A stretch of DNA of 64,000 nt, taken from an uncultured Gemmatimonadales bacterium (GTDB taxonomy: Bacteria; Gemmatimonadota; Gemmatimonadetes; Longimicrobiales; RSA9). Made by a program: the position numbers and the translations under genes. This document shows, in pieces, positions 1 through 9,630 of the stretch (position 1 is the stretch's first letter; every line of letters begins with the position of its first letter). The stretch covers positions 4,640,001 to 4,704,000 of the forward strand of contig OY970192.1 of assembly GCA_963708135.1 (NCBI GenBank), read 5' to 3'. The notes beneath the pieces were generated by a model, which did not search any database, was not told the DNA's origin, and worked only from the letters and a program-made list of their open reading frames with translations.

Positions 1-402
1 ATGCCGATGGTCGGCGTCCTCGGTCCGAAGGTGATGCTCATCAATGAATCGGCCGGCTCGGGCGGCGACGCGCTGCCGTACTACTTCCGGGTGGCCAAGC
101 TCGGTCCCCTCGTCGGCACGCGCACCTGGGGCGGGCTCGTGGGAACGCTCGGCGTGCCGGCGCCGATCGATGGCGGCGGCATCACGGCCCCGGACCTCGC
201 CTTCTACGACGTCGAGGGAAAATGGGCCGTGGAGAACGAGGGGATCGCGCCCGACATCAAGGTGGAGAACACGCCGGCTGAGGTCATCAAGGGGCACGAT
301 CCGCAGCTCGAGCGCGGGGTGGCCGAGGCGTTGAAGCTTCTCGCGGAGCATCCGCCGAAGCAGGTCCCGAGGCCGGCGCCGATCGACCGGACGCACCCAT
401 GA
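1..402 (+). CDS. C-terminal part of tricorn-like S41 family protease (truncated by window start)
   Basis: LINESAGSGGD catalytic-Ser motif, GTRTWGG, ENEGIAPDIKV, DPQLE typical of tricorn/S41 C-termini. Confidence 0.85.
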   Translation: MPMVGVLGPKVMLINESAGSGGDALPYYFRVAKLGPLVGTRTWGGLVGTLGVPAPIDGGGITAPDLAFYDVEGKWAVENEGIAPDIKVENTPAEVIKGHDPQLERGVAEALKLLAEHPPKQVPRPAPIDRTHP

Positions 403-463
403 CCCGGCCCGCTGCGGCATGCACCGGGGAGCCCTTTCCTCGCAACGGCGCAGGCATCGAGCG

Positions 464-2347
464 ATGACCATTCGCCCCTTCTTCCGCCGCGGCGGCGCGA
501 TCGGCGCGCTGCTGTGCGTGATCGTCGCGGCACGTGCCGAAGCGCAGGCGGCCGGGCCCCCCGGGTTCGACGTGACCGAGGTGCAGGTGCCGATGCGCGA
601 CGGCGTGCGCCTGCACACGTTGATCTTCACCCCGAAGGAGGCGGTGGGGGACCTGCCGATCCTCATGTCCCGCACGCCGTACGGCATCGACCACATCGGC
701 GCAGCGCTGGGGAGCCCGAGCCTGGTGGACCTCGTCCACGACGGCTACATCTGGGTGTTCCAGGACATCCGCGGGCGCTTCGGATCCGAGGGGCAGTTCG
801 TGATGCTGCGGCCGATGCGGGACCGCAGCGATCCCAAGGCGATCGACGAGAGCACCGACGCGTACGACACGATCGACTGGCTCCTCGAGCACGTGCCGCA
901 CAACAACGGGCGGGTGGGCATGCTGGGCACCTCCTACCCGGGATGGCTCACGGTGATGGCGATGCTCGACCCGCATCCGGCGCTCAAGGCGGTCTCTCCT
1001 CGCGCGTCGCCGGCCGACATGTTCATCGGCGACGACTTCCACCACAACGGCGCGTTCCGCCTGAGCTACGGCTTCGAGTACGCGGCGATGATCGAGGGCT
1101 CGAAGGAGTTCTCCGCCTTCTCGTTCGACAAGCCCGACACCTACGACTGGTACCTCGCGCTCGGCTCGCTCGCCCATGTGAACGAGCGCTATCTCCACGG
1201 CAGGCTCCCGACGTGGAACAACTTCGTGGCGCACCCCTCCTACGATGCGTTCTGGCAGGCGCAGGCCGTGGCACCGTACCTCGACCGGGTCACGGTTCCG
1301 ACGCTGAGCGTGGCGGGCTGGTGGGACCAGGAGGACTTCTACGGACCCGTCGAGATCTACGAGACGCTGGAGAAGCACGATACCCGGCACCTCAACTACC
1401 TGGTCGTCGGGCCGTGGAACCACGGCGGCTGGAATGGCGCGAGCGGGGAGCGGCTCGGCAGCATCGATTTCGAGCACCCGGCCTCGGCGGAGTTCAGGAA
1501 GAACATCGAGGCGCCGTGGTTCGCCTACTGGCTCAAGGGCAAAGGCAAGCTGGACCTGGCGGAGGCGACGACGTTCGAGGCCGGATCGGACGAATGGAAG
1601 AGCTACGACAGCTGGCCGCCCCGGACCGGCGTGGCGCAGCGGAAGCTGTTCATCCGCGCCGATCACGAGCTCTCGCTCGAGCCGCCGACCGACAGCGGAC
1701 CGAGCGCCGTCGATTCGTACGTCTCGGATCCGGCACATCCGGTACCGTACCGCGCGCGGCCGATCCTGCCGACCTTCGGGAACGGGTCCACGTGGTCGCG
1801 GTGGCTCGTCGACGATCAGCGCTTCCTGCAGGGACGGCCGGACGTGCTGACGTGGCAGACCGCTCCCCTCACCCGGGACGTGGTGATCACCGGCGCGCTG
1901 GCGGCGCACCTGTTCGCGTCCACGACCGGCTCCGACGTCGATTGGATCGTCAAGCTCATCGACGTCTATCCCGAGGACGGCGCGGGCGATCCCAAGCTCG
2001 CCGGCTATCAGCTCATGGTGGGGAACGACGTGTTCCGCGGCCGCTTCCGGAACGGCTTCGAGCATCCACGGGCGATCGTGCCGAACCAGGTCGATGAGTA
2101 CGTGATCGACCTGCACACGCAGGACTACCAGTTCCGGAAGGGGCACCGGATCATGGTGGAGGTGCAGAGCAGCTGGTTCCCCCTCATCGACCGCAATCCG
2201 CAGGTCTTCGTCGACAACATCTTCACGGCGCCGGATTCGGTGTTCACGGCCGCGACGGAACGGATCCATCGCTCCGCCCGCGCGGCCACCTACATCGATC
2301 TCCCGATCGCCGGAAGCGCGGCGGGGATCCCCGCCGTCCCCCGCTGA
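464..2347 (+). CDS. CocE/NonD (peptidase S15) family hydrolase, glutaryl-7-ACA acylase/alpha-amino acid ester hydrolase-like, secreted
   Basis: Signal peptide; VPMRDGVRL, RTPY, QDIRGRFGSEG, GTSYPG nucleophile elbow, GPWNHG, SWFPLIDRNPQ. Confidence 0.9.
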   Translation: MTIRPFFRRGGAIGALLCVIVAARAEAQAAGPPGFDVTEVQVPMRDGVRLHTLIFTPKEAVGDLPILMSRTPYGIDHIGAALGSPSLVDLVHDGYIWVFQDIRGRFGSEGQFVMLRPMRDRSDPKAIDESTDAYDTIDWLLEHVPHNNGRVGMLGTSYPGWLTVMAMLDPHPALKAVSPRASPADMFIGDDFHHNGAFRLSYGFEYAAMIEGSKEFSAFSFDKPDTYDWYLALGSLAHVNERYLHGRLPTWNNFVAHPSYDAFWQAQAVAPYLDRVTVPTLSVAGWWDQEDFYGPVEIYETLEKHDTRHLNYLVVGPWNHGGWNGASGERLGSIDFEHPASAEFRKNIEAPWFAYWLKGKGKLDLAEATTFEAGSDEWKSYDSWPPRTGVAQRKLFIRADHELSLEPPTDSGPSAVDSYVSDPAHPVPYRARPILPTFGNGSTWSRWLVDDQRFLQGRPDVLTWQTAPLTRDVVITGALAAHLFASTTGSDVDWIVKLIDVYPEDGAGDPKLAGYQLMVGNDVFRGRFRNGFEHPRAIVPNQVDEYVIDLHTQDYQFRKGHRIMVEVQSSWFPLIDRNPQVFVDNIFTAPDSVFTAATERIHRSARAATYIDLPIAGSAAGIPAVPR

Positions 2348-2513
2348 CGGTCGAACCGCCGGGCGTCGCCCCGAATCTCGACACGACCAGCTCGGCCGAT
2401 ACTGCCCCGTCTCCGCGCCCGACGCGTGGAGGCGGGGCAACAGCTTTAGGCGCGACCGGCACGCCGGGCCGTCCGGCGGCTTCTGCGGCCCGACCCGCGT
2501 GCGCGGCACGGAC

Positions 2514-2543
2514 TTGCACGGGAGGTGCCCGGCGGGGTATAAC
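2514..2543 (+). promoter_or_regulatory. sigma-70-type promoter of polA
   Basis: TTGCAC-18-TATAAC about 30 nt upstream of ATG. Confidence 0.6.
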
Positions 2544-2572
2544 CGTGGACGCATCCATACAGGGGAAGGTGC

Positions 2573-5323
2573 ATGGTCGAGAAGCCGGAAAAGACGCGTC
2601 CGCGGCTGTTCCTGATCGACGGGTACGCTCTCATCTACCGGGCTTTCTTCGCGATGATCAGCCGGCCGCTGACGACGTCGCGAGGGGAGAACACGTCGGC
2701 GGCATGGGGCTTCTCGAAGTTCCTGCTGAAGATCCTGGAGGAGCACGAGCCGGATTACCTCGGCGTCGTGATGGACGCGGGGACGAGCGAGCGGGAGAAG
2801 CGCTATCCCGCGTACAAGGCGACGCGGGCGAAGATGCCGGACGAGCTGCGAGCGTCGATGCCGCGGATCCGGGAGTTGCTGGAGGCGTTCCGGGTGCCGG
2901 TGCTCGAGCTGGCGGATCACGAGGCGGACGATGTGATCGGCACGCTCGCCGTGGCCGCGGTGGACCGGGGGCTGGAGGCGGTGATCGTCTCGGGGGACAA
3001 GGACTTCTACCAACTGATCCGCGACGGCATCTGCCTGCTGAACCCGGGGCGGGGCGGTGCGGCGGGGGTGGAAGAGGAGTGGGTGGACCTGCGCAACGCG
3101 TCGGAGCGGCTGGGGGTGGTGCCGGAGCGGGTGTGCGACTATCTGGCGCTGATCGGCGACAGCTCGGACAACGTGCCGGGGGCGAAGGGGATCGGGCCCA
3201 AGACGGCGGTGCAGCTGATCGAGAGCATGGGCGGGGTGGAGGAGATTCTGGCGGGTACGCAGGGGATCGCGGGAAAGCGGGCGCGCGAGGCGCTGCTGGA
3301 GCACGCGGAGGACGTGCGGCTGTCGAAGGAGCTGGTGACGATCAAGCTGGATCTGCCGGTGAAGCTGGACCTGGACGCGCTCCTCGTGACGGAGCCGGAT
3401 CGGGACAAGCTGCGGGATGTCTTCCTGGCGCTGGAATTCCACTCGATGGCGCGGGACTTCGCGGCGCCGCAGAAGGAGGCGCCGAGCGCGCTGGAGTGCG
3501 AGCATCAGCTGGTCGGCACGGCGGCGGAAGTGCGCGCGCTGGTCGCGCGGGCGCGCGAGGCGGGGCAGGTCGCCGTCAGTGTGGAGGCGACGAGCCGCGA
3601 TCCGATGCGCGCGGACATCGTGGGGCTCAGCCTGGCGGTGGAGCCCGGGCACGGCTTCTACCTGCCGATCGCCCACCGCGCATGGGACCTGGGGCTCGAT
3701 GGCGGCGATCCGGTGAACCTGCCGCCGCCGGGCTCCGCCGAGCTGCGGCCGCTGGTGGAGCTGCTGGAGGACGAGGCCGTCGCCAAGATCGGGCAGGACC
3801 TGAAGTACGAGCTGCTGGTGCTGAGGCGCGCGGGGATCGCGCTGCGCGGCGTCGCCTTCGATACCATGGTGGCGTCATACGTCATCGATCCGGGCCGGCG
3901 CGAGCACGGGCTGGACTCGCTCGCGCTGCAATACCTGGATCACAAGACGATCTCGTACGAGGATGTGTGCGGGAAGGGGAAGGACCAGATCCCGTTCGCC
4001 GCGGTCCCGCCGCTGAAAGCGCGGGACTACGCGTGCGAGGACGCGGACATCGCGCTGCGGCTGGAGCGGCTGTTCCGCGAGGAGCTGGAGCGGTACTCGC
4101 TGGCGGAGCTGTACCGGACGATCGAGCTGCCGCTGATCTCCGTGCTGGCGGAGATGGAGTGGACGGGGATCCGCATCGACGGGCGGTTCTTCGCGACACT
4201 GTCGGCCAAGCTCGCGCGGGATCTGCGGATCCTCGAGGAGGAAATCTACAAGGTGGCGGGCGGCGAGTTCAACATCAACTCGACGCCGCAGCTGCGGGAG
4301 GTGCTGTTCGATCGGCTCGGGCTCCCGGTCGTGAAGCGGACCAAGACCGGAGCATCCACGGACGTGACGGTGCTCGAGGCGCTCGCGGCGCAGGGCCACC
4401 CGCTGCCGCGGCTGCTGATCGAGTACCGGCAGCTCGACAAGCTGAAGGGCACGTACGTGGACGCGCTGCCGCAGCTCGTGAACCCCGGGACCGGCCGCAT
4501 CCACTCCAGCTTCAACCAGACGGTGGCCGCCACGGGCCGCCTCTCCTCGAGCGACCCCAACCTGCAGAACATCCCGATCCGGACCGAGGTCGGGGCGGAG
4601 CTCCGCAAGGGGTTCATTCCCGCCGACGGCTCCGTGTTCCTGGCCGCCGACTACTCGCAGATCGAGCTCCGGATCCTCGCGCACCTGTCGGAGGACCCGG
4701 CCTTCGTCTCCGCCTTCCGCAGCGGCGCGGACGTCCACCGCCAGACGGCCGCGCTGGTCTTCGACGTGCCGGCGGACGACGTCACGCCGCAGATGCGCGG
4801 GGCCGCCAAGACGATCAACTTCGCCACCATCTACGGCATCGGCCCCTTCGCGCTGGCGCAGAAGCTGGGCACGTCCGTCGCGGAGGCCAAGAGCTTCATC
4901 GAGCAATACTTCCTGCGCTTCCCGGGCGTGCGTCGCTACCTGGACACGCAGATCGAGCACGCCCGTGAGCACGGCTGGGTCGAGACGCTCTCCGGCCGGC
5001 GGCGCTACATCCCCGAGGTGCGCGCGAAGAACTTCAACGTGCGCCAGTTCGGCGAGCGCGCGGCCACGAACGCGCCGGTCCAGGGGAGCGCGGCGGACGT
5101 CATCAAGATCGCGATGATCGACATCCAGCGCGCGCTCGCCGAGCGCGGGCTCGGTGCGCGCATTCTCCTGCAGGTCCACGACGAGCTGGTGCTGGAGGTC
5201 CCCAAGAGCGAAGTCGAGGAGGTGTCGGCTCTGGTGCGCGCCCGGATGGAGGAGGCCTTCCCGCTGCGCGTGCCCCTCGAGGTGGCCACGGGGCTGGGCG
5301 AGAACTGGTACGAGTGCAAGTGA
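2573..5323 (+). CDS. polA: DNA polymerase I
   Basis: 5'-3' exonuclease (LIDG, EADDVI, GDSSDNVPG) plus polymerase motifs TGRLSSSDPNLQNIP, ADYSQIELR, AKTINFATIYG, LQVHDEL. Confidence 0.98.
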   Translation: MVEKPEKTRPRLFLIDGYALIYRAFFAMISRPLTTSRGENTSAAWGFSKFLLKILEEHEPDYLGVVMDAGTSEREKRYPAYKATRAKMPDELRASMPRIRELLEAFRVPVLELADHEADDVIGTLAVAAVDRGLEAVIVSGDKDFYQLIRDGICLLNPGRGGAAGVEEEWVDLRNASERLGVVPERVCDYLALIGDSSDNVPGAKGIGPKTAVQLIESMGGVEEILAGTQGIAGKRAREALLEHAEDVRLSKELVTIKLDLPVKLDLDALLVTEPDRDKLRDVFLALEFHSMARDFAAPQKEAPSALECEHQLVGTAAEVRALVARAREAGQVAVSVEATSRDPMRADIVGLSLAVEPGHGFYLPIAHRAWDLGLDGGDPVNLPPPGSAELRPLVELLEDEAVAKIGQDLKYELLVLRRAGIALRGVAFDTMVASYVIDPGRREHGLDSLALQYLDHKTISYEDVCGKGKDQIPFAAVPPLKARDYACEDADIALRLERLFREELERYSLAELYRTIELPLISVLAEMEWTGIRIDGRFFATLSAKLARDLRILEEEIYKVAGGEFNINSTPQLREVLFDRLGLPVVKRTKTGASTDVTVLEALAAQGHPLPRLLIEYRQLDKLKGTYVDALPQLVNPGTGRIHSSFNQTVAATGRLSSSDPNLQNIPIRTEVGAELRKGFIPADGSVFLAADYSQIELRILAHLSEDPAFVSAFRSGADVHRQTAALVFDVPADDVTPQMRGAAKTINFATIYGIGPFALAQKLGTSVAEAKSFIEQYFLRFPGVRRYLDTQIEHAREHGWVETLSGRRRYIPEVRAKNFNVRQFGERAATNAPVQGSAADVIKIAMIDIQRALAERGLGARILLQVHDELVLEVPKSEVEEVSALVRARMEEAFPLRVPLEVATGLGENWYECK

Positions 5324-5348
5324 CGGGAGGCCGTTCGCGCACCGCGTC

Positions 5349-5364
5349 TGGCCCGCGGCTTGCA
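5349..5364 (+). promoter_or_regulatory. sigma-54 (-24/-12) promoter candidate
   Basis: TGGCCCGCGGCTTGCA with exact GG-N10-GC spacing. Confidence 0.6.
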
Positions 5365-5374
5365 TTGACGATGC

Positions 5375-5474
5375 GCGGGCGGGAGACGGGGAAACCTTCC
5401 TCGTGGCCCCCAGCCACAACACAATCCCGTTACCGCCTGAGGGCAGCCGCTTCCGAACCGCGGCTGCCCTTTTC
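5375..5474 (+). ncRNA. candidate small RNA (~100 nt)
   Basis: Bounded by a sigma-54 motif and an intrinsic terminator; 5377-5391 pairs with 5425-5438, inner hairpin GTGGC/GCCAC. Confidence 0.45.
5440..5474 (+). terminator. intrinsic terminator
   Basis: 11-bp stem AGGGCAGCCGC/GCGGCTGCCCT followed by a short T tract. Confidence 0.7.
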
Positions 5475-5654
5475 CTCGCCCGCGCGGCCCGGCTCCGCCG
5501 GCCGCCGGCCCGGAGTGGCCGCCGGAAACGGACGAAGCGTGCGGGCGGCCCGGACGAGATTGCCGCGACCCTCCGAAAAGTCGGCGCATCCGCGCATGGC
5601 TCCGCCCCGCCCGAGGGTGCAGCTTCGGCGCGAACCTCAACCCTGGAGGGGCCG

Positions 5655-6044
5655 ATGAGCCGCTCGATCAACAAGGTGATCCTGGTGGGGAACGTCGGAC
5701 GCGACCCGGACGTGCAGACGACCGCGGCCGGCACGAAGGTGGTCCACATGTCGCTGGCCACGAGCCGGCGGATCCCCCGCGACAGTGGCTACGAGGATCG
5801 CACGGACTGGCACCGCCTGACGCTGTGGAACCGGCTGGCGGAGCTGGCGGAGGAGTACGTCCGCAAGGGCGACCGGCTGTACATCGAGGGCCGCATGGAG
5901 TACGCCTCGTACGAGAAGAACGGCGTCACGATTCCGACCGCGGAGGTGCAGGTGCGTGAGCTCGTGATGCTGGGCACCCCGAACGGCCACGGCGCGGGAG
6001 CGCTCGCCGCGGTCGGAGCCGAGGAGGAGGACGAGGCGTCCTGA
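5655..6044 (+). CDS. ssb: single-stranded DNA-binding protein (short)
   Basis: MSRSINKVILVGNVGRDP...TDWHR...YVRKGDRLYIEGR OB fold; GGAGG SD upstream. Confidence 0.93.
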   Translation: MSRSINKVILVGNVGRDPDVQTTAAGTKVVHMSLATSRRIPRDSGYEDRTDWHRLTLWNRLAELAEEYVRKGDRLYIEGRMEYASYEKNGVTIPTAEVQVRELVMLGTPNGHGAGALAAVGAEEEDEAS

Positions 6045-6153
6045 GGAGCGCATTCGGAGCCGGGCGTGGGGGGGGTGGTGCCGGCCGGCCCGGGTGCGGC
6101 GCCGTCGCCCCGCGCCCGGCGCCGTACGGCGCGCCGGCGCCCGAATGCGGAGC

Positions 6154-8214
6154 TTAAAGGATGTCCTTCAGCGTGCGGCTGACGCCGAGCAGGAGCTGCC
6201 AGCGGCCGTCGCGCAGACCGCGGGCGAGGTCCACATGGAGGATGTCGTAGACGATCCCCACGCCGGCACCGAGATACGGCCGGACCCCGCCGGTGGGACG
6301 GGCATCCCAGCCGCCGGGCAGCGTCGAGTTGGCGAGCTCGCTCCAGCCGAGCCCACCGAGCGCGCGCAGCCGGAGCCACGGCCCCGCCACCGTCCTCGCG
6401 GCCTCGAGGTCGGCGAGGGCGAATCGGTCGCCCGCGAAGCCGCGGTACGCGTAGCCGGGCAGCGTGCCGGGCCCGCCGAGCAGGAAGAGCCGCTGGGGCG
6501 GGAGCGCTCCGACCGCCGCGCCGGCGGCACCGGTGATGCGCAGCGAGGTGCGGTGGTCCGCGGAGCCGAGGTCGAGCCAGCCGTGCACGGCCGGGCGGGC
6601 GAACCCGACGTCGCCGAGGGCGCCGCCGTCGAGGACGGCCCGGCCGCCCCATCCGCGGTCCCCGGTCCGATCCTGTGAGCGTGTGAGCGCCATGCTGCCG
6701 GAGATCAGGCGCCCCTCGCCGACGGGGCGGACGGGCCGGAACGAAACGGCGCCGTTGAGCGCGGCGTTGTCCTCCGCCAGCGTCGCGCTGCGATCGTGCT
6801 CGGCGCCGACGCCGATGGAGATGGCCCAGCGCGGGCCGAGCGCGTGCTCGAGCGAGAGCCGCGCGCCGGTGGCGTAGTAGGGATCGAGGTAGTCGGAGCC
6901 GAAGAAGGCGGCCGAGACGGTGTTCAGCGCGCCGGACAGCGCGGGCCCGTCTCCGATGTCGCGAAGGCCGAGTCGGAAGCCGTCCAGACGGAGCGCGCTC
7001 GCGGTGCCCAGGCGAAGCCGCGCCGCGGCGTCGAGCGAGAGGTGCCGCGCCCCGAGCGCGTAGCCGACGTTGCCGGTGAGGGCGAGCCGATCGGCCGGGG
7101 TGTAGGCCATGCCGCCGCCGAGGAAGACGCCCTCGGCGCGGTCGTAGCGCAGGGCCGAGGAGGCGCCGCCGAGGTGCAGGCGCAGGCGCGGCAGCCCGCT
7201 CAGGTAATGTTGGCGGACGAGCGCGGCGGCGCGCGCGCGCAGCGTCGCCATGTCGGGCGATGGAGCGAGCCCCTCCTGGTTCAGGTCGGCGTAGAGGCCC
7301 TCGGGGAAGGGGTAGCGGCGGAGCATCTCGGGCGGCGCTGCCACCACCCGGGGGCTGGCGAAGAGGGCGAGCGGGAGGGCCTGGTTGAAGCGGTAGTCGC
7401 CGATCCTGAAGACGCCGCGGATGACGGCGCCGGCCGGGAAGTCGAGTTCCGGGAGCTGGCGGCGGATCTCCACCCGCTGCTCGTGCGGGAGCCACCAGCG
7501 GCCCTGCCAGAGAGCGTTCTCGAGGGATATGTCGATGTAGTCGAGGCGCCGGTCCACGTACGAGGCGGGCGTAAACGTGAAGGTCATCCGCACGATCGCG
7601 CCCGTGCTCTGGTCCACGTAGAGAGACCCGATGAAGGCGGGGCGATCCACGCGTCGCGGCCGTACCGCGAGCTCGTAGACGCGAACCGGCTCGGGCGTGC
7701 CCGGCAGGTGCAGGGAGAGGGAGTCCGCGATCCGGTACTCGTAGATCGAGTCGGCTCCGGGCCCGGCCGGATGGGGGACGCTACGGACCTCGTCGCCATC
7801 CCCCACGCGGATCACATCGCCGAACTCGTCCTGGACGACCGTGAGGTGGTCCAGGTGGTAGTACATCTGGTTGGGCAGCTTGCTCGCGTCCCGGCGCCCC
7901 ACGATGCGCTGCTTCGTCAGGTGCGGCGCCTTCCAGTATACGTCAAGGGCCAGCTGGTCCACCCGCACCAGCGTCTTCTCGTCCGAGCCCGCCCGGTCGA
8001 GGTAGAAGTAGACGTAGCCATCGGCGTGGGACTGATAGTCGAAGAGCGTGGTGTCCGCGCGCGGCTCCTCACGCCGCCGCCGCGCCTCCGCCACGAGGCG
8101 CAGTGCCCGCGGGGAGTTCCAGCCGGCCGTCGTGTCCGGAAGCTGCTGCGCCCGGAGCGGGAACGCTCCCCAACCGAGAAGCAGAAGGGCCAGGCCCGAG
8201 GACTTCAGCGTCAT
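6154..8214 (-). CDS. uncharacterised outer-membrane protein (signal peptide, C-terminal Omp85-like beta-barrel)
   Basis: Signal peptide MTLKSS...LRAQQ; barrel-type motifs LGGPGTLPGY and amphipathic terminal strands. Confidence 0.65.
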   Translation of the reverse strand: MTLKSSGLALLLLGWGAFPLRAQQLPDTTAGWNSPRALRLVAEARRRREEPRADTTLFDYQSHADGYVYFYLDRAGSDEKTLVRVDQLALDVYWKAPHLTKQRIVGRRDASKLPNQMYYHLDHLTVVQDEFGDVIRVGDGDEVRSVPHPAGPGADSIYEYRIADSLSLHLPGTPEPVRVYELAVRPRRVDRPAFIGSLYVDQSTGAIVRMTFTFTPASYVDRRLDYIDISLENALWQGRWWLPHEQRVEIRRQLPELDFPAGAVIRGVFRIGDYRFNQALPLALFASPRVVAAPPEMLRRYPFPEGLYADLNQEGLAPSPDMATLRARAAALVRQHYLSGLPRLRLHLGGASSALRYDRAEGVFLGGGMAYTPADRLALTGNVGYALGARHLSLDAAARLRLGTASALRLDGFRLGLRDIGDGPALSGALNTVSAAFFGSDYLDPYYATGARLSLEHALGPRWAISIGVGAEHDRSATLAEDNAALNGAVSFRPVRPVGEGRLISGSMALTRSQDRTGDRGWGGRAVLDGGALGDVGFARPAVHGWLDLGSADHRTSLRITGAAGAAVGALPPQRLFLLGGPGTLPGYAYRGFAGDRFALADLEAARTVAGPWLRLRALGGLGWSELANSTLPGGWDARPTGGVRPYLGAGVGIVYDILHVDLARGLRDGRWQLLLGVSRTLKDIL

Positions 8215-8340
8215 GCACCGTGCCGTTCCGTACGATCTCCGCGGTCCGCCCCGGCCGCCGATGGCCCCGACGGCGCCGCGTCGGGTGGTACCGTGCCGCG
8301 GACCGGCGGTTCCGGGCGCCTCCGCCCCGGCCGCCGATGC

Positions 8341-8377
8341 GCGAGGGGAGCCCGCCTCTCGGGCGGGCTCCCCTCGT
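8341..8377 (-). terminator. strong hairpin downstream of sigma factor gene
   Basis: 15-bp perfect stem CGAGGGGAGCCCGCC/GGCGGGCTCCCCTCG; no clear U tract. Confidence 0.55.
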
Positions 8378-8413
8378 GCGGGCCGGGCTCCGGCCCGGAA
8401 ACGCGGGCCTCGC

Positions 8414-9274
8414 TCAGTGCGCGGCCCAGAACGTCTCGAGCGCCTCGCCATCGGGGCTCTCGCGCAGCTTCTCGAACGCCCGGTTGCGGATCTGCCGGAT
8501 CCGCTCCCGCGTCACCCCCAGCAGCGAGCCGATCTCCTCCAGCGTCCGTTCCTCGCCATCATCCAGCCCGTAGTAAAGGTAGAGGATCCGGCGCTCCCGC
8601 TCCGTCAGGTACTTCTCGAACATGCGGTCCAGAAACTCCCGCCGCGCCTGCGACTCCACCGTCTCCTCAATGTCCTCCGCCTCCGCTCCCGCGAACCGCT
8701 CGCCGAACGAGGCGCTGTCCCGGTCCCCACGGTCGATCGGCGCATCCAGCGACAGCTCCGACGCCGCCACCCGCCGCAGCGCGCGCACCGTCTCGACCGG
8801 CTCCTCCATCTCCGCCGCGATCTCCTGGTCCGTCGGCGAGCGACCCAGCAGCTGCGTCAGCGCCGTCTCCGTGCGCGAAAGCTTCACCAGGTTGGAGTTC
8901 TGGTTCAGCGGGATCCGCACCGACCGGGTCTGCTCCGCCAGCGCCTGCAGGACCGTCTGCCGGATCCACCAGACCGCGTAGGAGATGAACTTCACGCCCT
9001 TGTCCGGATCGAACTTCTTCACCGCCTTAAGCAGCCCTTCGTTCCCGATGCACACCAGCTCCGCCAGACCCAGCCCCCGTCCCTGGTACTTCTTCACGTA
9101 CGAAATCACGAAACGCAGGTTCGCCGTGACCAGCCGCTCAGCCGCCTCCTTGTCCCCGACGCGTGCGCGCCGGGCCAGCTCACGTTCTTCCGCGGGATCC
9201 TCGATGAGGGGGTATTTCTCGACGTCGAAGAGATACTGATCGAAGGAGTCTAGCGCGCGGGAGTTCAGAAACAT
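8414..9274 (-). CDS. RNA polymerase sigma-70 factor, RpoD/SigA-like, lacking region 1.1
   Basis: ANLRFVISYVKKY, KFDPDKGVKFISYAVWWIRQ (region 2), TLEEIG..LGVTRERIRQI (region 4.2). Confidence 0.95.
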   Translation of the reverse strand: MFLNSRALDSFDQYLFDVEKYPLIEDPAEERELARRARVGDKEAAERLVTANLRFVISYVKKYQGRGLGLAELVCIGNEGLLKAVKKFDPDKGVKFISYAVWWIRQTVLQALAEQTRSVRIPLNQNSNLVKLSRTETALTQLLGRSPTDQEIAAEMEEPVETVRALRRVAASELSLDAPIDRGDRDSASFGERFAGAEAEDIEETVESQARREFLDRMFEKYLTERERRILYLYYGLDDGEERTLEEIGSLLGVTRERIRQIRNRAFEKLRESPDGEALETFWAAH

Positions 9275-9299
9275 ATGAAGACGCCCCGGATCGGAGGTG

Positions 9300-9347
9300 A
9301 AAAAACAAAAAGAGCAGCACGCGTCGAAGCTCGACGGCGGCTGCCCT
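9300..9347 (-). terminator. intrinsic terminator within the 5' leader of the sigma gene
   Basis: Minus strand AGGGCAGC-CGCCGTCGAGCTTCGACGCGT-GCTGCTCT followed by TTTTGTTTTTT. Confidence 0.6.
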
Positions 9348-9429
9348 AGCTGAGGATCTCGTGCGGCCTCGCTCCGAGGCGGGTCCGCACCTGGCGTGTC
9401 CCCGGAAAATTTCCGATCATAACCTGTCC

Positions 9430-9458
9430 AATATAGACGGCATTTCAGCGGCTGTAAA
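9430..9458 (-). promoter_or_regulatory. sigma-70-type promoter for the sigma gene leader
   Basis: TTTACA-17-TATATT on minus strand. Confidence 0.7.
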
Positions 9459-9630
9459 CCCCCATGCGGGGGGGCGAGGCCGAGTCTGAGTGGCTACACC
9501 GGCCGGCCGCCGCGGTTCCGTCGCGGCGCCCGCCGGGTCGCCCGGCGAGGCGGTCGGTGCTGAGTTGCGGGGTGGGCCGGGACGGCGGGAGAGAGGCACG
9601 GCGGCGAAGGGCGTTGCGGGGCGGCGGGGC

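Noticed and set aside
2504..2518. sigma-54-like CGGCACGGACTTGCA upstream of polA
   Set aside because: GG-GC spacing is one base short; a sigma-70 promoter explains the site
287..3676. Very long antisense and alternate-frame ORFs (also 15390-18722, 18761-22690, 38450-42343, 55041-58658, 58231-62985)
   Set aside because: Shadow ORFs of real genes, expected in high-GC DNA; no recognisable motifs
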